A DNA stretch of 64,000 nucleotides, taken from Paramoeba atlantica. Its lineage: Eukaryota > Protista > Discosea. The translations under genes and the position numbers were made by a program. The stretch covers positions 248,001-312,000 of the forward strand of contig CDRNVI010000018.1 in assembly GCA_977017575.1 (NCBI GenBank). The letters run 5' to 3'. The notes under the pieces were generated by a model. That model made no database searches. It saw only the letters and a list, made by a program, of their open reading frames with translations, and was not told where the DNA came from. Within the stretch, counting starts at the first letter, position 1; the number at the start of each line of letters is the position of its first letter. Below are positions 33,001 to 45,369 of the stretch, piece by piece.

Positions 33001-33306
33001 ACCGTCGTGCACGAGATGACACCTTCCCACATAAATAAGAAAAGCTCTCAATTGATCCGTGACGTCATTCATCGCAAAATGGAAACTTACGTCGCAACGG
33101 GAATGATCGCCCAAGAATCGTTCCAATGCATTCCGATTCTGTCCTCCGGATCACTACACGCGAACACACGCAATCTGATCAGAGCCTTGGCAGACGCTTG
33201 TCTTCTGAACGCCCGCGAGACGGAACTCTCGTTCAAGCTACTGTTGCAAAACTTCAACGGCCTCGTGGTATACTCCCAACTTCGGGAGCACCTCGAAGAC
33301 AAGTAA
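30047..33306 (+). CDS. Family C polyprotein body (RT, CCHC, RLE)
   Basis: ORF 29986..33306 is nearly identical to 19976..23371; its first 20 aa come from the TIR. Confidence 0.85.
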
Positions 33307-33645
33307 TAGATTTTAGAAATATTCTATAATGGTGAAATAGCTGAGAGATAATATCCGTTGACATCTAAATATTATACATTTTCTATTTTATACGGAGATA
33401 GTTTCTCTTCGAAAATTGAGAGAAGGGGGGAAGGAGCACATTTCTCATTTTCCTACGTGGCTTCCTGCTGTAGGGAGCTTATAGGATTTCAAAAAAAAAA
33501 AAGGTTATCAGTCAAAGCACAGGAAAAGACTATTGATAATGACTATTGATATAAGAGTTGAAGTTTAGACGACTGAAAGTCTATGAAAAGAAACTGAGAT
33601 GAATGTTCACAGACAGTGACACTAAACAAAATTTTATAATTTTTT

Positions 33646-34522
33646 TTTTTGTTAAGACCATCTTTTTGTTAAGACCATCTTCTTGTTAAGACCATCTTTT
33701 TGTTAAGACCATCTTTTTCTTAAGACCATCTTTTTGTTAAGACCATCTTTTTGTTAAGACCATCTTTTTGTTAAGACCATCTTTTTGTTAAGACCATCTT
33801 TTTGTTAAGACCATCTTTTTGTTAAGACCATCTTTTTGTTAAGACCATCTTTTTGTTAAGACCATCTTTTTGTTAAGACCATCTTTTTGTTAAGACCATC
33901 TTTTTGTTAAGACCATCTTTTTGTTAAGACCATCTTTTTGTTAAGACCATCTTTTTGTTAAGACCATCTTTTTGTTAAGACCATCTTTTTGTTAAGACCA
34001 TCTTTTTGTTAAGACCATCTTTTTGTTAAGACCATCTTTTTGTTAAGACCATCTTCTTGTTAAGACCATCTTTTTGTTAAGACCATCTTTTTGTTAAGAC
34101 CATCTTTTTGTTAAGACCATCTTTTTGTTAAGACCATCTTTTTGTTAAGACCATCTTTTTGTTAAGACCATCTTTTTGTTAAGACCATCTTTTTGTTAAG
34201 ACCATCTTTTTGTTAAGACCATCTTTTTGTTAAGACCATCTTTTTGTTAAGACCATCTTTTTGTTAAGACCATCTTTTTGTTAAGACTATCTTTTTGTTA
34301 AGACCATCTTTTTGTTAAGACCATCTTTTTGTTAAGACCATCTTTTTGTTAAGACCATCTTTTTGTTAAGACCATCTTTTTGTTAAGACCATCTTTTTGT
34401 TAAGACCATCTTTTTGTTAAGACCATCTTTTTGTTAAGACCATCTTTTTGTTTAAACCATCTTTTTGTTAAGACCATCTTTTTGTTAAGACCATCTTTTT
34501 GTTAAGACCACCTTTTTGTTAA
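33646..34522 (+). repeat. Tandem array of the 17-mer GTTAAGACCATCTTTTT, about 51 units
   Basis: Direct reading; few variant units. Confidence 0.95.
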
Positions 34523-37411
34523 TAAAATACATCTGTTAATATTAATACATCTTGTTGATTTTTAACTCTAAATCCTACTTTCCCATGGGAGTGGTGACCC
34601 GCTCTAAGGCGAAGGAATCGGGAGTAGCTCCCGAAATATTGCCTCTCCCCTCCACCCGGCGAAAGAAGAAAGCAACCGAGGTGCGACCTCCGCCGCCTCC
34701 GCCGCCAACATCAGACAAATCACCGCAACCTGAACCATCCTCCTCTGCACTACGCTCGCAACCATCGTCCTGCCTGCGGCCTTCATCGCCTACACTGCAT
34801 TGCGCATCCACACCTTATCGGTCGCACGCGCAATCAGCAGTACCGCCATCGCTATCGTCCCCTCCGGCGACGAAGTCCCCTCCAGCAGATTCCTCGTTGG
34901 CCGAAAACCCAATAGAGCTTAGGCTCCCCAGTCTACTCCCGCCGCCGACCGGAAATGATGATACAGAAAGAAATTTTCGCATGTCATTCAGTGAGTTGAA
35001 AAAGCAATTGGACGCACGCGCAGAGGAAGAAAAGAAAACAAAAGAGAAAGCAGCTGAAACGTCACGTAGGCAGTGCGAAGACTCAGTGACCACGGCAATC
35101 CCCTCACGCAAACCTCGCATAAAAGTGATCATTGGAAAACAGCAACAAGAAAATCACACAACGATAAGCTCAAGTAATGAAATTCCCCACTCTGAACCAT
35201 CTTCGCGTCTTCAAACACTCGGTAAGGTTGCTGGAGTGGTCGGAAAGACTGTGTGGAATGGGCTGCTGACACTGCACGGTGTTCCTACACCCGAGGAGCG
35301 TGAGACAAGGGAACGCCAAATTGCAGAAACCGCTCGAGGAAAAGAAAGAAGAACGATATCAAAGTTAGATTGCCTCGCCATCACTACGATAAATACAGAA
35401 TCTTCAGCAGAACAAACGTTAGGGATGCAGGACGTCAATACCGAGTCTCAGGCAAGCGTCGTTTGGCCAGTCACTACGACGACTAAGTCGATCACTGCGA
35501 CGAATGATGAAACTTCAGCCGAACAGCCGACGCAGGACGCAGATGTCGAATGTCAGACATACGCCGACTGTTTAACTCCTGAGGACACCCTATTGAGCAC
35601 GGGAAGGGTTGACGGGTCTACGACACTGCACGAGGTAGTTGACGAAAACAATATCACGATGCCGAACTTTGAACTTCCTGCTGAAACAGAGTCTGTCATA
35701 GAAGTTGCCAAGGAGGCCGAGATGATAGAGAAGTTGAATAAGTCGATAAACCCAACGGAGCAGTTTCCACTGGCACCGGATACCATCTGGGATTCATCAA
35801 AAACGGCGAAACAAGGGGACTCGTGCTTGATGGCATGGTGCTTCAGCGATTCCTCGCAGCTGAATATATCGAAAGGGGTGGTTAAGTCGGTTAAGAAGCG
35901 TGCCGGAATCGGACGGATGTCTCTCCAGTATGAAGGTATAGAAGGGTACAAATGCGGCGAGCAATTTCGTGGGTTCATTCCTCCCAATTCTAATGTGAGA
36001 GTTTATTCAATACAATGGCTACATCGAAAGGATTCAAAAAGCAGAATTGATGTGGACGCTAAAGGAATTCCCAGTAATCAAGGATTTTCTCATACGGAAG
36101 CAGACTTGGATTTCGATCCAATGCCAACCATGCGGACTGTCAGTGCAGAGTTTGTGCCCTGTGTTGTCTCTATCTATCGTGACATAATGCGGGATTACGC
36201 AGATTCTTCTTACGACCAACGAAATCAAATCTGGCACAGAACCATGTCGGCAATGAAACATTCGTTAGCTACAGTGCGCCATCTCATTGGAAAAAAGCGT
36301 CGTCGCCGCCCAATTCAAACTCAGGAGACGAACGCAGGAAACAGTGAAGTGGAGCAAAAGGCTAAAGATCTGAGAGCAGTCAAAAAAGCGACACGACTGG
36401 TTTTGGAAGGAACGATTAAGAAAGCGACGCGCGTGTTAGATCAAGACATCACCGAAACATCATTAGGGGACGAAGAAAAATTGTCTCAATTACAAAAACT
36501 ACACCCATCTTTACCGATTTCTTTTGAGCTTCCCACCGACGCCCCGAAGGTAGCATGTATCCCGCCCCATGAACTCCGAGAAGCAGGAAAGAGACTCGCA
36601 AAAGGCGCCGCCCCAGGTCCATCCGGTACCACAGAGGCCATCATTCGTCTGCGCTTGGACGATGAGATCTGTTGCACGAGTCTAAGCCACATGATGTGCG
36701 ATTTAATTAACGGAATGCTCTCCAAGGATGTAATGCGCAGACTGCGGAGAGCACGCTTAGTTGCACTCCCTAAAACAGCTCAAGCCGTTCGACCGGTGGC
36801 AATGGGAGAAATTTTTCTCAAGTTGGCTGGACTAATCCTTCTTCTGCGTAACGAACATAAATTTGAAAAGCTTTTCCTGCCGATGCAGCATGGGGTGATG
36901 AGTCGCGCTGGCTGCGAGACTGTTGTTCACGAACTCAATCGACGATATATGGAAGGGTGTGCTATCCTCTCGTTGGATATGAAGAACGCTTTTAATAGCC
37001 CTTCACGCGACGAGATTGCAAAAGCAATTTTTGCTTTTAGCGCCCTTCGGCCTTTTCAGCGACTATTTGTTGCCGAATATGGGGCAGCGTCTGAACTCCT
37101 CTTTTACGGAAAGAACGGGGAACTGTTTTCAACAGTTGAAAGTTCGGCTGGAGTTCGCCAAGGGTCGCCGTTGTCGACACTATACTTCTGCTCCTTTCTT
37201 CAGCCAATACTGGAGACAATTGCACAAGAATTTCCCATGCTACATATATACGCTTATGTTGATGATATCAATATTGCGTCAACTGAGGAAGATCTTGTTG
37301 CAGCTGCCTATGTTCGCCTCAAAGAACTTCTTCTAAGCAAAGAAATTGCCTTGCCCCTCAAAAGTGTGTATGGTTTATCCTATCCTATCCTATAAGACCG
37401 ATTTGCATCGG

Positions 37412-39067
37412 TTAAGAACACATCCGTTTTTGTCGTCGCTTCGACGTCTTTCTCTCAGGTGAATTCGCCCTTTCATGCTCCTTGTCCGCTGAACCGGGCG
37501 TGGTACGTCTTTCATGCAACTTTGTATTTTTGGCATCACATTCCTCAGGCAAACACTCTTTCTTTTCAGGAGAATCCACTCCAGTCTCTACAGGTGGCGA
37601 GGTACCCTTTTTGGATAGAGGATCACCTTCTGCAATCTTGAAGTAATCCCGTCTTTTCCCTAATGGCTTAGGTATTTGGCCACAGTGTTTCCGAGGACGA
37701 TTCATGGTTTGGACGGTTTCTGAGCTAACCCTTTGAGCTTCTAAGGCACTTGTCGCAGTCTTTCTCTTCTTTATTTCTGAGGCTGGGACTATTTTTCTCG
37801 ACCCTGCAAGCGCCAAGGTGTCTGCCTTCTCATTGTAAATGTTCCCGTTGTGGGATTTCACTTTGCACACGTAACACCTTTTATCCATCGATTGGAGCGT
37901 TCGAATTTCCCGATCCAATTTCTCAAGGATACCCCCATTCGGTAGATTGTTATACCCAATGATTCGCCGTCGTAGACGAGTATGATGGAAGAAATTCCAT
38001 ACATAGAACGAATCGGTGTGTATAACAACTGTTTGAGCCTCATTAGGTATCCTTTCCAGCGCTTCCCTCAGCGATTCAACCTCAGCTCTCTCAGCTGAGC
38101 CAGCATCCAATGCTATGGAATAGTATTTGTCTTCTGTTCCACTCATTCTCAGAACTATTCCCGCACCGGATCTTTGTTCCTTGGACCCCCTCAACTGCCG
38201 AACAGAGCCATCAATATACATATGAACCTCACCCTCACTCATGGGGAACGGATCCGAGCCTTCCTCCACAAATTGTAGCTCATAAGAGCTTTTGCTTTTG
38301 ACCGCTTGAGTGTGTTTAGTTTTCCACCTTGGAGACCTTAATACCTCATACATCGGAAGTGGTTCAAGTTTCTGCCTGAGCTCATCGCATAGCTTTTGCC
38401 AGTGTAGCCGATCCTGCGAGTAAACAAGCGCCTGCTCCAGAGTAATCCCTAGATCATTAAAACTTGCTTCGCTAGGAGAAATATTTCTTGTTTTTTCCGT
38501 GCTATTCCATTGAACGAGCTCGCGAAACGTAGAGGAGTGCCTGAGCATGTGGCCAACGATTTTCGCACGGGCAACACGATGCACGGTCGAAAATCGAGGC
38601 GTACCACAATACAAGGACTCTAATGGGTAGCAGTGTCCGAAATCGTCAAGCTTTGCTGAGTTACAAGCGAATCTCCTCATCATATTTACCTCAACCTCCG
38701 TTTTTCGAAGCATTTTGTTAGAAAGAGAAAGACAGGCTGCACCAAACGTTAAAATAGGGTAGACCAAGCAGTCAAACAGGCGTATTTTCGTGGCAGCACT
38801 CAGAAGAGAAGCCCAAATGCCACTGAGTTTACGAAATGCTGCCCATGTGAGCCTTAGCCTGTCCTTGATGGGGGATGATGCTGTAGCATCTTGAAGATGA
38901 CCAAGATGCCGGTAGGAATCCACAAGAGGAATCTTGCCAAGCGATCCTGCTCGAAGTTCTCGCGTCCCCCCCGGAACTTTCCCAAAGGCCATCCACGCAG
39001 TCTTGGTTTTCCCCACGGCAATCCTCAGATTAGCTGGTTTTGCCTCATTTGCCGTAGCTTCGATCAT
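37412..39067 (-). CDS. RT C-terminus + RNase H (frameshifted continuation)
   Basis: GKTK, YRHLG; YIDGS..GAG..RAE..HTDS..KVKSH..NEKADTLA. Confidence 0.85.
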   Translation of the reverse strand: MIEATANEAKPANLRIAVGKTKTAWMAFGKVPGGTRELRAGSLGKIPLVDSYRHLGHLQDATASSPIKDRLRLTWAAFRKLSGIWASLLSAATKIRLFDCLVYPILTFGAACLSLSNKMLRKTEVEVNMMRRFACNSAKLDDFGHCYPLESLYCGTPRFSTVHRVARAKIVGHMLRHSSTFRELVQWNSTEKTRNISPSEASFNDLGITLEQALVYSQDRLHWQKLCDELRQKLEPLPMYEVLRSPRWKTKHTQAVKSKSSYELQFVEEGSDPFPMSEGEVHMYIDGSVRQLRGSKEQRSGAGIVLRMSGTEDKYYSIALDAGSAERAEVESLREALERIPNEAQTVVIHTDSFYVWNFFHHTRLRRRIIGYNNLPNGGILEKLDREIRTLQSMDKRCYVCKVKSHNGNIYNEKADTLALAGSRKIVPASEIKKRKTATSALEAQRVSSETVQTMNRPRKHCGQIPKPLGKRRDYFKIAEGDPLSKKGTSPPVETGVDSPEKKECLPEECDAKNTKLHERRTTPGSADKEHERANSPERKTSKRRQKRMCS

Positions 39068-39077
39068 TTGCGATATT

Positions 39078-42005
39078 TCATGTTTCGTGGAAGCATAAAA
39101 GTGCTATGTCGTCTGCGTAGTCGATGTCCTTTAGTCTAAATTCTTGAATTCCCCTGCTTTTCGTCCCGCTGCTCCTTAGAAGAATCCCGAGCGGCTTGTT
39201 ATCGAGTGCTTTGTTGAGAATCCTATCGATTACAAGCACAAAGAGATAAGGAGCAAGCACGTCCCCTTGAAGAATTCCTGTTTCAATGGGAAAAGAATCC
39301 GTATTTCCGTATGGTGTGCGGACTATTCCTTTTAAATTCGAGTACAAGGACATTACCATCCTAGTAAGCGCGGGTCCGACATGAAAGGCATTCAATGCAG
39401 CACGGATGGCATGAAACGATACCGAGGGAAATGCTTTTGCGAAGTCCATGAATGCCACTGCAATGCCTTTCTTGCCCCTGGTCGCACGAACTCTTGCATC
39501 ATTCAAAATGATTTGCGCCCCTGCCGTGGACCTTTCTGGCCGAAAACCAAATTGACTGTCGCGAAGGAGCGGCTCGATGGATGGTCTGATTCTTTTCAGG
39601 ATCATTGCATTCATCAATTTAACCGCACTGTTCACGAGACAGATTGGCCGCCAATTCGCTATTTGTGTCAGGTCACCTTTTTTTGGAATAGGCACCTGAA
39701 GGACAATTTTCCAGGACGCAGGCGAAACCCCTGTCCGATGAACCTCGTTTATAATATGTAATAAGGATTTTCTCAGTTCAGCATGTTCTGTGATCATTCT
39801 GAGTGCCTCCGCCGGAATTTGGTCTATTCCAGGTGCCTTGTTGCGCGCTAGTCTACTGATGCCGTCCTCGAGCTCTTCTGCAGTGAAACTTTCATCGTTG
39901 ATTGGTACTTTCGGGTTGACTACATTGTCAAATTTTATATCTTTATCTCCGCGATCATCGGACCCCATACGAGCAAAGAAATCTTTAACAATGTTAAGAG
40001 TTTCCCTTGTCGACGAGGTCTCGATGCAAAGAGTCTCCCTGTACAAACCGCAAATTCTACGTAGCGTACGCCACGGATTAGAACGGTTTCGCCGCAGACC
40101 TGCTTCAATTTCGGCGCATTCCTGCCCAATCTGCGCCTCAATTTCTTCTCCGTGCTCTTTTAGCACTTCCTTGAAGTGGTCCGGTTTTCGACTCTGAAGA
40201 AATAAGTCGCGAAACCCTGAGATGCGCGGTGTTTCTGTACCCGGTGGTGTGTTTTCTGTCCCTGTAGGCGCGTTGGTCGTTTTTGGGGTTCGGTCCTTTT
40301 TTGAGAGTCTTTTCGCTGTGTGTACCATATTTTCCGATAAGTGTTCCCATGTGATCTCTTCCTCTTTCTTCGCCATTTCCCAAACTGCTTGCTGGAAGGA
40401 TGCCTTCTTCTCTTCATCTCCAAGTCTTGGCCAGGGTACCTTGCTTTGCCCCCCTGTACCTTTAGAACGCCACTTGATTTTCATATCCGCCATAACGACG
40501 CAGTGTACTGTAGGCACTGGCGCCTTGAGTACTTTGTGCCTCCTAATGCTGGAGGCAAAGCGCTCACTGACCATGATGTGGTCAAGCTGTCTCCGCACCT
40601 TGTTGTCCCCACGCCTTTTGCTACCTCCCTTGTTGCCGACCTCCCCTTTTACGTGCATGTACTCGCAGGCCTTGTCCCCATTTTCCTCTCCTTCCCTTCC
40701 CCTCTTCACCATACCGTTGTTATCCGTCCCCTCTGGCTCTGATCCTTTCCTTCCCATTTCCACCTTTCCTTCTTCCCCCTTCTGCCCCACCTTCTCTGTT
40801 CCTACGTTGCGACGGTCCTTTGTCTCCGCCCTCCTGCCCGGCAGCTCACATGTCCATTTCCTCTTGCTCGGGCAGAGGGTGTGTGCTGACTTACAGCCAA
40901 TGGAGCACAAGAGGCCTTTCAGCTGAGAGACCGCTGGGGGATCCATGCTCGGATTCGTCACGAGCGTTATCGGTGCATTGAAATCCCCCATGACCAATAA
41001 AGGTCTTCGTTTCCGTTCAGCCTTGACCTCACGACACGCCTTGTCCAAGTCACCCAGAAATGCCGCATGAACGGCTTCTGAGGAGTCCCGTATTGGGGCA
41101 TAGACATTGAACAAAGTGCCGGTCCCCTCCTCCAGGGGATACTCAGCTCCCATCACCCTGTTGCTCACCATCCAAACCTTCCGAAACGCATGCCGGCTCA
41201 CTATGGCCATGCCATTATATGAATCGCGTGCGGCGGCCGACTGCAAATACAGGTGAAACCTCTCCCCTAGGTTTTCAACCTGCCTGTAGAGGATTCCATC
41301 CTCATGTCCTTCCTTCGAGAAATTGTATCTGGTCTCCTGAAGGCACATGACACCAACCCCCCTTACCTGCATGAAAGCAAGCACCTCGTTCAAACGGGTG
41401 CATCTTCGAAGAGAGAATTCATCTTCCCCCTCGAGTTTTAACGTCGTAACGTTAAGCGTTGCAACGGTGGTGTTCTCCTTCACAGCGGAACCTTTGAGGT
41501 TCTCCGAATCTCGTTGGGCGTGTGTGCCACGCGACGCCCAGTGTGACCGAGGGCCGTGACGGGAGCTCCTTCGTTTCGCCTTTGCCGGGTTACTCACCTG
41601 CACCGCGCAGAGCACGACACCTGTATTCGGTAAGGGGGGAAAGGGGAGAGTCGTGTGCGGCCTCGCCACGTACCGAACACGAAATGTACCGGCCAAAGGT
41701 TCACCTCGAGTTACCGAGGATCCCCCCTGAGTATGCCAGCCTACGCTTTTCAGATAAGCCGGCCCCTCACACACGACCTCGCCCTCCCAAACAAACAAAG
41801 TGTCGCAACAGTTGTCGTGTCTCCACGCGACGCGAAGATGAGCCCCAACGCGGACAAGCTTACAGAGCGCCCGCACCGCCCTCTGGCGGAGTTTAGCAGG
41901 CCCCTCTCGCTCGGGTGAACGAAAGATGACCCCCCGACCACGCTTGGTCCGTGTAAGGGTTTCAAAAACCTCTGTCCCCTTACACGTGCCGGAAGCATCC
42001 GCCAT
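39078..42005 (-). CDS. Apurinic-like endonuclease + RT (N-terminal part)
   Basis: TLNVTTL, CLQET, NVYAP, GDFNA, LDHIM (APE); NWRPICL, QFGFRP, DFAKAFPS, GILQGDVLAP, YADD (RT). Confidence 0.9.
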   Translation of the reverse strand: MADASGTCKGTEVFETLTRTKRGRGVIFRSPEREGPAKLRQRAVRALCKLVRVGAHLRVAWRHDNCCDTLFVWEGEVVCEGPAYLKSVGWHTQGGSSVTRGEPLAGTFRVRYVARPHTTLPFPPLPNTGVVLCAVQVSNPAKAKRRSSRHGPRSHWASRGTHAQRDSENLKGSAVKENTTVATLNVTTLKLEGEDEFSLRRCTRLNEVLAFMQVRGVGVMCLQETRYNFSKEGHEDGILYRQVENLGERFHLYLQSAAARDSYNGMAIVSRHAFRKVWMVSNRVMGAEYPLEEGTGTLFNVYAPIRDSSEAVHAAFLGDLDKACREVKAERKRRPLLVMGDFNAPITLVTNPSMDPPAVSQLKGLLCSIGCKSAHTLCPSKRKWTCELPGRRAETKDRRNVGTEKVGQKGEEGKVEMGRKGSEPEGTDNNGMVKRGREGEENGDKACEYMHVKGEVGNKGGSKRRGDNKVRRQLDHIMVSERFASSIRRHKVLKAPVPTVHCVVMADMKIKWRSKGTGGQSKVPWPRLGDEEKKASFQQAVWEMAKKEEEITWEHLSENMVHTAKRLSKKDRTPKTTNAPTGTENTPPGTETPRISGFRDLFLQSRKPDHFKEVLKEHGEEIEAQIGQECAEIEAGLRRNRSNPWRTLRRICGLYRETLCIETSSTRETLNIVKDFFARMGSDDRGDKDIKFDNVVNPKVPINDESFTAEELEDGISRLARNKAPGIDQIPAEALRMITEHAELRKSLLHIINEVHRTGVSPASWKIVLQVPIPKKGDLTQIANWRPICLVNSAVKLMNAMILKRIRPSIEPLLRDSQFGFRPERSTAGAQIILNDARVRATRGKKGIAVAFMDFAKAFPSVSFHAIRAALNAFHVGPALTRMVMSLYSNLKGIVRTPYGNTDSFPIETGILQGDVLAPYLFVLVIDRILNKALDNKPLGILLRSSGTKSRGIQEFRLKDIDYADDIALLCFHET

Positions 42006-42020
42006 GTTTTTATAATTAGA

Positions 42021-42360
42021 TTACAAAAAACGATGGTCATTACAAAAAACGATGGTCTTACAAAAAACGATGGTCTTACAAAAAACGATGGTCTTACAAA
42101 AAACGATGGTCTTACAAAAAACGATGGTCTTACAAAAAACGATGGTCTTACAAAAAACGATGGTCTTACAAAAAACGATGGTCTTACAAAAAACGATGGT
42201 CTTACAAAAAACGATGGTCTTACAAAAAACGATGGTCTTACAAAAAACGATGGTCTTACAAAAAACGATGGTCTTACAAAAAACGATGGTCTTACAAAAA
42301 ACGATGGTCTTACAAAAAACGATGGTCTTACAAAAAACGATGGTCTTACAAAAAACGATG
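42021..42360 (-). repeat. Tandem array of the 18-mer AAGACCATCGTTTTTTGT, about 19 units
   Basis: Lies inside the TSD, 15 nt upstream of the LINE ATG at 42005. Confidence 0.95.
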
Positions 42361-43848
42361 GTGTATGGTTTAGCGGTCTGAACAATATTCGCCTACCCGA
42401 AAGTCTAGCGAATGAAGGCGTTCAGATAGCGGAAAAGGCAGTCAAAACATTAGGAGCCTACGTAGGGGAAGCAGACAGAGTCAGTGAGCTGCTTCTTGCC
42501 AAGCTTGAAAAGCATCTAACTATTTTTCGGCGGCTTTGTGACATGGGAGCAAACAACGTTTCGCTTCTCCTCCTGTCGCGATGTGTTAATGTACGACATC
42601 GATACCATATAAGGGTCCATCGACCAGAAGAAACTTTTGAAATGGCAAAATCTTTTGACAAGCAAGTGCAAGAAGTTCTTACTGCATGGTTTGGATCGAT
42701 GACACCAAAGCAAATTGCTTGGGCGCGTCTACCTGTGAAGAGCGGAGGATTGGGGTTAACGCCCACTGATCTCTTGCGAAAATCGGCGTATGAAGCATCA
42801 AGGCACAGTGCTCTTGAACGACTTAATTCCTATTCAGTTCGAGCACCCAGTCTCACGTCTCCATCGCCGGTGGGAAATGAAGATCAGATAACCCCTCCCC
42901 ACGATGAATTTGTAACTGAAGCAAAGCTTAACAGAGTCATTAAAGAATCGTTGAGTAAGGACACGAAAATTGCACCAGTGCTGAGAGCAGCAAGTGAAAA
43001 AGGGAACTCCGCGTGGCTTCATTCGACGGCAAAGTTAGTGCCTTCCAAATTCTTCACATTAGCTTTGATGCCACGTCTTGGTCTAAGCCACCCTCGTATT
43101 CCCGAAAGTCTGCAATGCCCAGGATGTCGCACCCTTCTGGATTCTTCATCAGCCTTTTCGCACATAGCTGGATGCGTCCAGTGTTCCGGAAATAATACAA
43201 CAATGAAACATAATAATCTGGTGCGTATTATCTATGAACTGTGCATGAAGGCGGGTGTGCCATGCGAAAGGGAACCTCGACAGTTTACTTCTTTTAAATG
43301 CTCTACATGCGGGGAATCGTTCCCACAATGGCGAAAAACTGATCATCAAAAAGTTTGTAGAAATGCGAGCCTCCATCGGTCAGGACCTGACATTGTAATA
43401 CATTGGGCAACTGGGGAAATCTTTTATGACCTAACAATAATTCACGAGCTGGCGCCCACTAATGCACGGAAACGTAGCGGTACCCTGATGAGAGAGGCCA
43501 TTACGCGCAAGCACAGCGCATACGTGGCTTCCGGGATGATACCTCAAGAGCGTTTCGTATGCCTCCCAGTCCTCTCCGGTGGTGCTATGCATCACGGGCT
43601 CCGGCACTTGTTGCATACGTTGGCGGACTGCAGCGGACTTGATAGGGTCCGAACACTGAACGAATTTTCTCTGTGCCTGCAGGAGTTAAATGGGTCGATT
43701 ATATTCTCTCAGCTGAGAAATTATTTATCTAATGACGATTCACAAAACATGGGCCTCTAGAATTTGACATTAAAAACAAAAACATTGGAAACTTGAAGAA
43801 AAAAAAAAGTATAATTAATATAGCTATTATAAAAAAAAAAAAAAAAAA

Positions 43849-43887
43849 AATCTTTAACGATAAAGATACAGTTTCTGTACCTTGTTG
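43849..43887 (+). other. Complete spliced-leader-like sequence merged with upstream A20
   Basis: Direct match. Confidence 0.85.
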
Positions 43888-45092
43888 AATTTTTCTTTCT
43901 CTTTATTGCTTACTAGGGTCGCACCATGCCGCCCGATGATTCCTTTGATGCCAACGCGTTACCAATGGATGATGACTCTTTTTGCCAGGAACAAAAGTCA
44001 CACAAACCCGGAGATTGGGACCAATTCGCAGGAAACGCTCACCTGATTTCCGGCCAAAGCACCTACAATGAACTTTTGTATACGACACCTATCCCCGAAA
44101 ACGTACCTAAACACTGGACCGAAAGAGCCTACAAGATCGAGGCAGAGGAACCTACACCGGACACAGGCAGAATGACCGCGGACGAAGAGACAAATCACTC
44201 CCTTGTCGTGGCAAACAACGTGGGAATTACTTCGGAGGCCTCATCCGCCCACATTTTCTCTCCAACTAAGGCTACAAAGCGCAAGAATACTGATTCTGCC
44301 CCTACCACATACCACAACGCCAATACGCAGCAGAAGGATGTAGAACGTCAATGCCCAGCAGAAGGATGTACGTGGAAAACCCCACCACATAGCGGAAAAT
44401 GGCAGGCATTTTATCACCATGTAGCTCATCGACACGGCAAAAACATTCCAAACGAGTGGTGGGAGGGAGAGGGAAGATTCCTCTGCAGAGATTGTGGCAG
44501 ACACTACGCCAAGAACAAGCTCAAGTCTCACCCCAAAAACTGCAGGGGCCGCAACAATTCCGGACGGTCATTAGCCCCACCTCTTCCAACGGCACGTCCC
44601 CAAAACGCAGAAGAAAATCCAACAGACAATTTGCCATCACTCGGCTCCATCTGCGCACTTCCCATGAGCACCTGCAAAGACGTTCCACACTGTTGCAGAT
44701 TCCTCTGGGCGAGCATCCTCACGCAATCCTTGACATCCGCAGTGAAGGAAAACACGGTAGAGGCATGGACACTTCTCGCAATGCTCCCTAAGTGTGTCCT
44801 ACCAGCACCTTTCCGAGGCGGTCGCAAAGGCCACACATCATACTCTACGTACGTCGAAAACCGCATGAAACTGTGGCTAGCGGGGGAGTACCTCTTGCTA
44901 TGGGAAGATGCCCAGAGGGATCATTATAAAAAGCGCTCCAGATCACACGACTCCGAAATCGATGCAGACAGAGCGGCAATTCGAGCCGAACTCTTGGCCC
45001 GCCAGGGGGAATTTTCCAGGGGAATGGCAGCCCTAACCGCAGCCCCCATGGCGCCAGACAATGCAGATACCCTCGAAAAGCTCTTGGAGAAG
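43849..45092 (+). mobile_element. CRE family D-like copy 3, 5' part (ORF from 43926), truncated
   Basis: Zinc fingers CPAEGC..HVAHRH and CRDC..H..C; colinear with 23670-24845. Confidence 0.8.
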
Positions 45093-45175
45093 TTTTTTTT
45101 TTTTTTTTTTGAATGCGATGAAAATATTTGAATGAAAGTGTGTGTTAGAATTTTTTTTCTTTTTTTTTTTTTTTT

Positions 45176-45252
45176 GAAAATTATAACCCCCTTCCGGGGC
45201 ATTTGACCCGATATTAGCCCCTCGGTTAAATTTCCATGCGTAGACTTCTATT
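45176..45252. mobile_element. End fragment of the 420-460 bp repeat
   Basis: CCCCTCGGTTAAATTTC and the ACCCC-CTTCC-GGGG hairpin are equivalent to 6880-6947. Confidence 0.55.
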
Positions 45253-45369
45253 GTATTACCTAAAGGTCTTAATAAAGGTGAAGGTCTTAATAAAGGACAT
45301 TAATAGATTATGATTATCACACTAAACACTTAATTCGTCCGTAATTACTTAACTTAATTCGTCCGTTAA

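Larger units (their letters stand above)
27948..33502 (+). mobile_element. CRE family C, copy 2, interrupted by a TIR element
   Basis: ATG 27948 (MGVFTRAKAKEAG), Pro-rich frameshifted N-terminus; body 30047-33306 open; poly(A) at about 33490-33502. Confidence 0.85.
37378..42360 (-). mobile_element. APE-RT-RNase H LINE (RTE/RTEX- or ingi-like)
   Basis: 12-bp TSD GTGTATGGTTTA (37366-37377 / 42361-42372); (TAGGA)3 tail. Confidence 0.85.
34585..43850 (+). mobile_element. CRE family E, split by an APE-type LINE
   Basis: ORF 34585..37377 (RT to YVDD) resumes at 42361 (VWFSGL..RLE to 43760); one 1-nt frameshift near 37352; A20 tail at 43831-43850. Confidence 0.85.

Noticed and set aside
33646-34522. 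Tandem arrays (also 14399, 42021, 56249) as CRISPR arrays
   Set aside because: Units are directly adjacent with no unique spacers, there are no cas genes, and the context is eukaryotic.
42033-43760. 575-aa ORF with (TKNDGL)n N-terminus, and the (MVLQKT)n, (RPSFFV)n and (RWSYKK)n ORFs
   Set aside because: These are a by-product of an 18-bp stop-free unit. The fusion arises because the array abuts the TSD where family E resumes; there is no evidence of translation.
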